Under the pieces are notes generated by a model. The model had not been told where the DNA came from, searched no databases, and saw only the letters and a list, made by a program, of their open reading frames with translations. A DNA stretch of 64,000 nt from Octopus sinensis (lineage: Eukaryota). The translations under genes were made by a program, and so were the position numbers. Shown in pieces: positions 54,401 to 64,000 of the stretch (the stretch's first letter is position 1; each line of letters opens with the position of its first letter). The stretch is taken from NCBI RefSeq assembly GCF_006345805.1, contig NC_043022.1:14384001-14448000 (forward strand), given 5' to 3'.

Positions 54401-54445
<45 letters not shown>

Positions 54446-54659
54446 ATATATGTAAAAAAATACAAACTGGGACAAGAACACAAAACATTTAGAAGACGAT
54501 ACAGAAAACACGGACGGGACATTCGAAGCCTTCAATCTTCAGTCAAGAACCAGATCATCCTTGCAATTTCGGCTGATTAATCTTGAGATTGCTCCGATCT
54601 GGCCAGCCCCAAAGGAAAATCTAAGCCAAGCGCATATATATATATATGTAAAAAAAAAT

Positions 54660-54910
54660 AATAAATGTGCCCTTTTTAAAGCCTAGCCAGGCTCATGGGC
54701 CCAGTTTCCCGGTTTCTATGGCGTATGTGTTCCCCAGCTTGACGGGACGCCAGTCCATCGTAACGTTACTCATTTTTGCCAGCTGAGTGGACTGCAGCAA
54801 CATGAAATGAAGTGTTTGGCTCAAGAACACAACGCATCGCCTGGTCCAGGAATCGAAACCACAATCTTACAATCATGAGTTCAACACCCTAACCACTAAG
54901 CCACGTGCCA
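54660..54910 (-). mobile_element. tRNA-CORE-like SINE
   Basis: Minus strand tRNA head followed by GTGTTCTTGAGCCAAACACTT..CAGCTGGCAAAAATGAGTA, resembling a CORE domain. Confidence 0.6.
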
Positions 54911-54970
54911 CCACATATATATACATACATACATACATACATACATACATACATACATACATACATACAT

Positions 54971-55010
<40 letters not shown>

Positions 55011-55017
55011 ACATATA

Positions 55018-55272
55018 CCGGAGTAAACACATAAATGTGAAAGAAGGTGGAAAAAAGAGTACTCAAATACCAGTGGTAGAGTAATATGCTTTATTTAAAG
55101 CAGCAGAAAATTCAACAAAACCTATTACTCTGAGTTTCACGTTTTCGTTCGTCGGACAGTTTTTGCTAGAATGGAACATCTCGGTTCCATTCTAGCAAAA
55201 ACTGTCCGACGAACGGCAACGGGAAACTCAGGGTAACAGGCTTTGTTGAATTTTCTGCTGCTTTAAATAAAG
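55018..55272. mobile_element. Palindromic twin-hammerhead element (family H2), copy 2
   Basis: ~95 bp inverted arms; HHR motifs at 55122-55159 (-) and 55202-55239 (+); opposite orientation to copy 1. Confidence 0.8.
55122..55159 (-). ncRNA. Type I hammerhead ribozyme candidate (CCGACGA core)
   Basis: ctgt-CCGACGA-ACG aaaa CGT-GAA-ACT cag AGT-A-atag; all three stems pair; GUA triplet. Confidence 0.6.
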
Positions 55273-56046
55273 TATATATATATATATATGTATATATTAG
55301 TGTGTATGTGTGTCTGTGTTTATCCCCCACTACAAGCACTTGACCAGGCAAAAGAGACTAAGAGAATGAGTACTTGGCCTATAAAGAATAAATCCTTGGG
55401 TTGATTTGTTCGATTAAGAGGCGGTGCTCCAACATGGCCTCAATCAAATGACGACTGAAGCAGGTAAAAGAATGGAAGAAGAATAAAAGAATTGAAAGGT
55501 GTACGGTAAACCAAGACCACAGTATTTAAAACGGCGGCGAGCTGGCAGAAACGTTAGCACGCCGGGCGAAATGCATAGCAGTATTTCGTCTGCGTTACGT
55601 TGTGAGTTCAAATTCCGCCGAGGTCGACTTTGCCTGTCATCCTTTCGGGGTCGATAAATTAAGTACCAGTTACGCACTGGGGTCGATGTAATCGACTTAA
55701 TACCTATGTCTGTCCTTGTTTGTCACCTCTGTGTTTAGCCCCTTGTGGGTAATAAAGAAATAGAAATAGGTAAACCCAAGACCACAGTATTTAATATATG
55801 TCTTCCGAAGATCACAAAGGATGATTTTGAAGGAATTTGGTTGCTATTTCTAGCATGCCGAGCGACCATCATTGAATCCTCACCCCTCCCCTGACACCTC
55901 TTTTGGTTCTAAATTTGGTCTGGGTACTTAGTGTGGGAATTATTTTGGTTTCTTTGAGAAGTATTTTGGGAATATTCTTAAGAAATGTGGATATAATTCC
56001 TTGTATTTTGGTCTTGTGTATGTGAGTGCATATGTGAGGGGCTATA

Positions 56047-56088
<42 letters not shown>

Positions 56089-56647
56089 CATGTGTGGTGT
56101 GTGTATGTGTGTGTGTGTGTATGCAGTGTATGTGTGAGTGTGTGTGTGTGTGTGCACGTAGTGACTTTGTGTGTGTGTATGTGTGTGCAGTGTATGTGTG
56201 AGTGTGTGTGTGCATGTGTGTGGTATATTTGTGTGTGTGTGTGTGTGTGTGTGTGTATTTGTGTATGCATGTGTGTGTGTGTGAAGTGTATGTGTGAGTG
56301 TGTGTGCATGTGTGTGGTATATTTGTGTGGCATGTGTGTGTGACATTGGTGTGTAAGTGTGTGTAATATGTCTGTGTGTGTGTGTATGTAGTGTGTGTGT
56401 GTGTAGTATGTGTGTGTGTGTAGTATGTGTGTGTGTTTTTAGTGTTTGTGTGAATATGTCTGTTTGGTGGCATATTTGCATCTGTGTGCGTGTGTGTGTG
56501 TGTGTGTACTATGTTTATGTGTATGCGTGTGCATATGTATGTGTATTTAGTTTATCTGTATGCATGTATAATGTGTGTACGTTTGTTTATGTTGCTAAGT
56601 ACGATAGCGAGTATATATATACATATATACATATACATACATATATA

Positions 56648-56680
<33 letters not shown>

Positions 56681-56693
56681 ACATACATATATA

Positions 56694-56751
<58 letters not shown>

Positions 56752-56757
56752 TATATA

Positions 56758-56790
<33 letters not shown>

Positions 56791-56914
56791 ATACACACAC
56801 ACACACACACACGCATATCTGGTGTGTTTTGGTATTGGAGCTGGTACGAAGGAAGAATGGTAAATTCGGTAGGTGCTTACTTTCCAATCTGTTTGTTTTG
56901 GGTTAGGCTTGTCG

Positions 56915-57480
56915 GGTGGATGGGTGGGGGTACTTGGTTGATGTGGGGGTGGGGAGTGGGGCGGATGGAGGAGGAGGAGGAGGAGGAGGAGGAGGGGTTG
57001 ATGTGCAGCTGCTCCTATCTCTTGGCAAAGGTGGCGGTGCCGCCGGTGGTGGAAGGGGGGGGTTGATGCTGGTGCTGGCGGCGGTGGGGGTGGTGCTGGT
57101 GGGGGTGGTTGGGTTGGTGTCGGTGGTGGCGGTGGTGGCGGTGGAGCCGGTGGCAGGGTTGATGTTGGTGCTGGCGGCGGTGGGGGTGGTGCTGCTGGCG
57201 GCGGTGGGGGTGGTTGGGTTGGTGTCGGTGGTGGCGGTGGAGCCGGTGGCAGGGTTGATGTTGGTGCTGGCGGCGGCGGGGGGGGTGGTGCTGCTGGCGG
57301 CGGTGGGGGTGGTGCTGGTGGGGGTGGTTGGGTTGGTGTCGGTGGTGGCGGTAGAGCCGGTGGCAGGGTTGATGTTGGTGCTGGCGGCGGCGGGGGGGGT
57401 GGTGCTGCTGGCGGTGGTGGGGGTGGTTGGGTCGGTGGCGGCGGCGGCGGCTGCGTTGGCGGTGGTGGCGGTGGTGCACA
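56915..57480. repeat. G-rich (GGT/GGC) minisatellite
   Basis: GGCAGGGTTGATGTTGGTGCTGG landmark recurs at 96 and 114 bp spacing. Confidence 0.85.
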
Positions 57481-58054
57481 TGCAACTGTGATGTCATCTG
57501 CATAAAGAGGGCGTATATTTGTTTTCGTAGAGGTGCATGCAAGGAGGCTGCGTGTGCGCATGTAAGCTTCAAACGAAAAAAAAGAAAAATTAAAAAAAAA
57601 AAAAAAATTAAATAAAAAAAAAAAAACAAAGAAAAATTTAATGAAAAACAAAAACACAAAAAAAAAGCAACCAAAAATGAATAAGAGAAACTACAAGCCC
57701 TGGTGCTGTTGTTATACAGTCAGGATAGAATAATTGCAAATTTGCAAGATTCTACTATATGGAATCGGTAATCTGAGAGAAAGTTCTCTCGAGCCAACAT
57801 ATTCTGGTTTTGGGATTTTGGTTTCTCTTGTTTTCGTGAGTTTTTTGTAAAAATTTTACTTCTAGTCTTTTGTTATTGTTGTTGCTATTTCAAAGAGTTG
57901 TATATTTTGATTTTAACTGGGAAACGAACGTGGAATGGAATCAGAAGGACTTGCTGATATTGATGGGCGGAAGGTTAAATGTTGGCGGGGTTTATCTGTG
58001 TCTTTTGACCCTTTAGCGTTCGGAATATTTCGTCCAAAGTAATGCTTATTCTTC

Positions 58055-58210
58055 ACATTATTTACATTATTTACATTTGACGGATATTTGTCCCTCATCT
58101 TGTTTGTTGTTGACACAATGTTTCGGCTGATATACCCTCCAGCCTTCATCAGGTGTCTTGGGGAAATTTCAAACCTGAGTTCTCATTCCTAAGGTATTTT
58201 TCGATGTTAA
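58055..58210 (-). mobile_element. Family H1 hammerhead element, solo copy
   Basis: Near-identical to the 13381-13520 arm; HHR motif gacac-CTGATGA-a-ggctg..cagcc-GAAAC-att-gtgtc at 58112-58157 (-). Confidence 0.75.
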
Positions 58211-58474
58211 TGGCTGTGTGGTAAGTAGCTTGCTTACGAACCACATGGTTCCAGGTTCAGTCCCACTGTGTGGCACCTTGGGTAAGTGTCTTCTACTATA
58301 GCCTCGGGTTGACCAAAGCCTTGTGAGTGGATTTGGTAGACGGAAACTGAAAGAAGCCCGTCGTATATATGTGTATATAATATATATATATATATATACT
58401 AACAATTTAACAAATAAAACATATGCATACATACCTACATCTATATGTATTATCCTCCAAGTAAGTTTTTTTAT

Positions 58475-58505
<31 letters not shown>

Positions 58506-60439
58506 ATATGTTTGTCCCCCCAATATCACTTGACAACCGATGCTGGTGTGTTTACGTCCCTGTAACTTAGTGGTTTGGCAAAAGAGACCAATAGAATAAG
58601 TACTAGCCTTACAAAGAATAAGTCCTGGGGTCGATTTGCTCGACTAAAGGCGGTGCTCCAGCATGGCCACAGTCACATGACTGAAACAAGTAAAAGAGTA
58701 AAAGGGTCACTGCCTGGAATCGAACTCGGAATCTTGGGGTTTGTAGCCCAACCAGCGTGCTAACAATTCTGCCAGCTTTCTTGAAGAAATTTCGAACCTG
58801 GGTTCTCATTCCTAAGGTATTTTTTGATGTTAGTGGCTGTGTGGTAAGTAGCTTGCTTACGAATCACATGGTTCCAGATTCAGTCCCACTGTGTGGCACC
58901 TTGGGCAAGTGTCTTCTGCTATAGCCCCGGGCCGACCAATGCCTTGTGAGTGGATTTGGTAGACGGAAACTGAAAGAAACCCGTCGTATAGGGTTTGCAG
59001 ATATTGATGGGAGAAATGCAAGAATTTACTTAGAGTAGGAATTTTCGCACAGACGCGTTTTAAAAGTGATAATGGTCACAAATTTTGGCACAAGGTCAGC
59101 AATTTCTTTGGAAGGGGCACGTCAATTACATCAACTCCAGTGTTCAACTAGTACTTCTTTTCTCAACCCCAAAAGGATGAAAGGCAAAGTTGACCTCGGT
59201 GGAATTTGAACAGAGAATGTAAAAATGGATGGAATGCCACTAAGCTAAGACAAGTTATGAATGACGGTCATTTCATGTTTTGTCTTTATTGGAGCAAATA
59301 TGGCTTACAGCTGTTTCCAGTAGTCTTTATAGGTTCATTGCTGATAGGTTTACTCAATCAGACCATTGATCAGGTTGGTGGTTTTTGGTGGTGAGTGACA
59401 TAGTGCTGCTGCTGCTGTTGTTGTTGTTGTTGTTGGTAGTGGTGGTGGTGATGACAGCGTTGGTCATTTGGTGGTGGTGACACTACTGTTAATGCTGTTG
59501 TTGTTATTGTTGCCCTTAAATCAAATATCCCCATACTTTATGAGCCTAGAAAAGAAAATTTCCAAAACAAAATATAACAAAACAAAACAAACTATACAAA
59601 AAAGTCAACCTTTGGCTTATTTTCTATTTTGCACACATAGTATAATGCATCATCATCATCATCATCATTACCATCACCCCCTCCTCCTCCTCTCATCATC
59701 ATCATCATCACCACCACCATCATCATTAAATATCCATTCTCCATGCTGACACGGGGGTCAGACAGTTTGACAGGAGGTGGCCATCCGTTTTGGCATGGTT
59801 TCTATAGCTGGATGTCCTTCCTGATGCCAATCACTTCAGACAGTGTACTGGATGCTTTTTTTTTTACATGGCACCAGCACAGATGCTTTCGAACATTGGG
59901 CCACACAGAAGCAAAGTGTCCAAGTTTCTTTTGAGCGTTGGGCCTCATGGAGGCAAGTGGCCGAGTTCCTTTTGAGTGTTGGGCCTCACGGAGGCAAAGT
60001 GGCCAAGTTCCTTTCGAGCATTGGGCCTCATGGGCAAAGTGGTCGAGTTCCTTTCAAAGATTGGGCCACATGGAGGCAAAGTAGCTGAGTTCCTTTCGAG
60101 CAATGGGCCTCACAGAGGCAAAGTTCCTTTCCAGCAATGGGCCTCAAGGAAGCAATGACCAAGCCCTTTGGCATTATGTCATACTTGAGAAGAAGACCCA
60201 TCAAGCCAAGCAAAATCACAGTCGTGGCAGATACTGGGTGTCACACAAATGGCATATAAAAGCACCCATTACACTCTCGGAGTGGTTGGTGTTAGGAAGG
60301 GCATCCATCCGTAGAAAACCATGACAAATCAGGCTGGAGTCTGGCACAACCTTTCAGTATGCCAGCCCCAGTCAAACCATCCAACCCATGCCAGCATGGA
60401 CAATGGACATTAAATGACGATGATTATTATTGTTGTTAT

Positions 60440-60880
60440 TTTGGGTTTAGCATTAGGCATAGCATTACAGTTTGGCCTCGAGGTTTAGGGTTTGGGTTTA
60501 GATTAAGGAATATTGTTACAGTTTCGGGTTCGACTTAAGGGAGGGTAGTAAGATTTAGGGTTGAGATTTGTGTTGGGGTTAGGGTCAGGGATAGTGTTAC
60601 AGTTTAGGTTTGGGAGTTAGCTCTAGGTGTCATGATTTGAGGTTTGGTGAATTAGGGGTTACAAGTTTGGGAGGGTAGGGTTTGGCATTAAAGGTTTAGG
60701 GTTAGGGTTTAGCATTAAGGTTGGGATCGGAGTTAGGGTTAGTGTTCGAGAATTGGAGGGTGGGGCTTGGAGTCTAGGGTTTAAGGTTAAGGATCAGAGG
60801 TTTGGGGTTAGTGTTAAGATTTAGGGTTTGGATTAAGGCTTAGAGTTAAGGTTAGCGTCAGGATTTAAGAATTCGAGTTC
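60440..60880 (+). repeat. Degenerate TTAGGG-like tract
   Basis: Scattered TTAGGG/TTTAGGG/TTGGG units. Confidence 0.6.
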
Positions 60881-62099
60881 AGAGTTAAGGGACACAATGA
60901 TTACGATCAGAAAGCTGTAGTTATGCACATTATTCACGCATTTAGCATGTGGTGATGGGGGTGATGGAGTGGTTGTGGTGATAGTGTTGGTGGTGTTAGT
61001 GGTGGTGGTGGAGATGCTGTTAACCATAATAGCTCTTCATTGTAGACTTGGTGAAATTGTTGATGGTCGTGGTTTGTTTGTTGAGCGAAGCGGTTTTCGT
61101 CCCAGAGTGGGAGAAGTCCGAAACGTGGTCCTTTGCTATTCGTAAGACCCGCAGAAGAGAAAGCAGGTCAAACCCCCCGACACAGAGAGCCTCGATGGAT
61201 GGATGAATGTGCATCCAGGCTCAGCGGTTGTATAGGAAGTCGGGGATAAGAAACAGGAAGAGAGAAAGTTGGAGCAAAAGAGTACAACAGGGGTCGTCAC
61301 AATCCCCTGCTGGAGCCTCGTGGAGCTTTAGGTGTTTTCGCTCAATAAACACACACAACGCCAGGTCTGGGAATCGAAACTGCGATCCTCCAACCGCGAG
61401 TCCGTTGCCCTAACCACTGGGCCATTGCGCCTCCACGATGGTGGTAGTGAAACAACATTATCAGTAAAGTGGTGGTGGTGGTGACGTTTGTTGTGATGAA
61501 GGCGGTTGCGATGACAAAAACGAAACCCCACCATCACCAACACTGACGTGGTAGTAGTAGTGGTGGTGGTAGAGGGTGAAGACGGAGTGATAACGGTGGT
61601 GATGGTGGCAGCGGAGGCGAAGGATGACGGAGCATGGCGGCGGCGGCGATAACGTGACAGTCGTGTATAGATGATGGCGGTGTTGGTGGTAGTGATGGCG
61701 GTAGCAACGATGTGATGGTGGAATGTGGTGGTGATGGTGGTGGTGGTTGGTGGTGGTGATGGTGGTGGTGGTAATGACATCGAGATGATGGTGTTGGCGG
61801 TGGAGGCATCGAAATGCTTGGTGGTGGTGACAACGATAATGTGACGGAGGAATATGGAGGTGGAGGTTTGCGATAGTGGAGCTGGTGGAGCATGGAAGGT
61901 GGCGGTTAGGGCGAGTAAAAAGTGTTGAAAGCGAGAAGGGTGGCGTGGCAGGAAGCCAAAGGACAAAACAAACATGTTGCCAAATAACATTTAACGGGAG
62001 GTTTTTGTGTCGAGCGAATATCTGTTGTCTTGCCATATTGACTGGAGCAGCCGATAGATAGGACGGGAGAGGGAGGGAGAGAGAGAGACAGAGAGACAG

Positions 62100-62625
62100 A
62101 TAGACAGAGACAGAGGGGGAAGAGGAACACAGACCAGATGACAGAGGATAAGGGTGACAGTAAGAGTTAAGAAGAAAGACAGACAGAGAGGAAGAGAGAA
62201 AGTTAGAATGAGAGGGAGGGATAGAGAGAGAGAGAGAGAGATAGAGGGGGAAGAGGAACACAGACCAGATGACAGAGGATAAGGGTGACAGTAAGAGTGA
62301 AGAAGAAAGACGGACAGAGAGGAAGAGAGAAAGTTAGAGTGAGAGGGAGGGATAAAGAGAGAGAGAGAGACAGGGGGGGAGAGGAACACAGACCAGATGA
62401 CAGAGGATAAGGGTGACAGTAAGAGTAAAGAAGAAAGACAGACAGAGAGGAAGAGAGCAAGTTAGAATGAGAGGGAGGGATAGAGAGAGAGAGAGACAGA
62501 GGGGGAAGAGGAGCACACACCAGATGACAGAGGATAAGGGTGACAGTAAGAGTGAAGAAGAAAGACAGACAGAGAGGAAGATAGAAAGTTAGAATGAGAG
62601 GGAGGGATAGAGAGAGAGAGAGTTA
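62100..62625 (+). repeat. ~116-120 bp purine-rich tandem repeat
   Basis: 4-5 copies of CAGACCAGATGACAGAGGATAAGGGTGACAGTAAGAG. Confidence 0.92.
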
Positions 62626-63353
62626 GAGGAAATGGGGAGGACAGAGAGCGTGAGAGTGATAGAGGGAGAAAGAGAGAAAGGGTGAGAGAGAATGAGATGG
62701 ATCAAGTGAGAACTTAGATGAGTGAGGATTGGACAAGGGAGAAATATGGGGAACAGGAGGATAGTTCAAATGACAGGTGATAAGGGTGATAAAGGGAGAG
62801 AGTGAGAGCGAGAGAGAGAGACTGGAGGAGAGAAAGAGAAAAAGAGTGTCAGGGATTGTGAGAGAGAAAGAATTTAGATGAGGGATGATTGGACAGGATT
62901 AAGAAAGGAGGAGGAAGGGGAGGAGGCTACGGAAAATAGTCTAGATGACAGAGAATAAGAGTGACAGAAAGAGAGAAAGAGTGAGAGAGACAGGCAGACA
63001 GACAACCAGAGGTTGAGTGAGAGAGAGAGAGAGAGAGACTGAAGGAGAGTGTGTCTATATGTAAATACTTGAGCTGAGACAAGTCTGAGAGGAAACAGAG
63101 AGGTACATACGCACTCTCTCACTCACTCACTCACTCACACACGCACGCACATTCATGAGTGAGAGCGTGCGTCAACACGAAGAAATTGTATTTTTACCCG
63201 GTACTTATTTTGAAGTCTAATTACTTTATACTATCGGTCTCGTCCCGAAACCGCTAAGCTCTGGGTGGGGGTAGAGGGTGAACAAAAAAACAGACTGAAA
63301 GACGCACACACATATATGAGAGGCTTCCGCGCAGTTTCCGTCTACAAATTTAG

Positions 63354-63778
63354 GATCTTTTCGGTTTGAACGGCAGTTTTTTCTAGCGGTGTCATATGAA
63401 ATTGTCACCCATAATTATGACCCTAGTATCGATCTATTGCATTTCAATCTGTTTTAGGGTTAGAGTTAGTTAGGGTTAGTGGTGGGGGAAAGGGTATCTT
63501 TTTTTCTTAAGAAATGTAAATAAACCCAATCTGTTTCTTAAACGAGGGACATATTCATACGGCACAGAATGTTTTTCACCTCAATAGACGTCATTGATTG
63601 GTTGAAATTGCAGAAATTGAAGAAAAAAAAACAACAAATATCGTACAAACTATAGAATTTTCTCAATAAAGCCAAGAGAAAAAGATGTTTTATAAACACA
63701 TTCTACCAGTATACGAAGTTTAAAAGTGTTTAGTTATGTGGAAATTACTTTAAAAAACTGCTGTTCAAACCGAAAATC
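63354..63778. mobile_element. MITE with internal TTAGGG-like motif
   Basis: ~28 bp inverted termini TTTTCGGTTTGAACGGCAGTTTTTT; superfamily unclear. Confidence 0.6.
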
Positions 63779-64000
63779 TCAAATTTACTTGCTGGGCAAT
63801 GATGAACAACACTTGCGCAAGGATCGAACCCAAAACCAAATGGATGGGAAATGAGCGTCTTAACTACACAACCATACCTGTGTCTCTAAGTTATGAATAG
63901 AGTAAGGAACAAAACGTCGGATCCCCTTTCAGTTTATGATCCCAAAATGAGCGGGAAATTATTGTATTCAATCAGAATTGAAATTTTGGAACAAAATATC

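Noticed and set aside
57913-58149. 78 aa minus-strand ORF
   Set aside because: First half is the H1 element; the remainder has no motif or good splice sites.

Overview
Eukaryotic, repeat-saturated DNA whose SINE, RTE, CR1 and microsatellite content points to an octopus genome (inference, not searched). One gene is supported: the last 9 coding exons (78-14470, + strand, 363 codons plus stop after a split codon) of a divergent PPP-family Ser/Thr phosphatase. All splice phases are consistent, and the gene's 5' part lies upstream of the window. The remaining ~49 kb has no convincing coding exon. It consists of tRNA-derived SINEs, RTE/CR1 LINE fragments, Helitron, hAT, Tc1/mariner and Merlin-like non-autonomous elements, and simple repeats. 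The most striking observation is a set of short hammerhead-ribozyme (HHR) elements of Penelope/retrozyme type, from at least five unrelated sequence families and mostly next to (TA)n tracts. Four families occur as divergent inverted twin pairs. They include non-canonical cores (CCGANGA; U3-A8) and one fusion to a tRNA-like Pol III head. All folds and alignments were done by eye and need computational and biochemical confirmation. Repeat boundaries are approximate unless a TSD is quoted.
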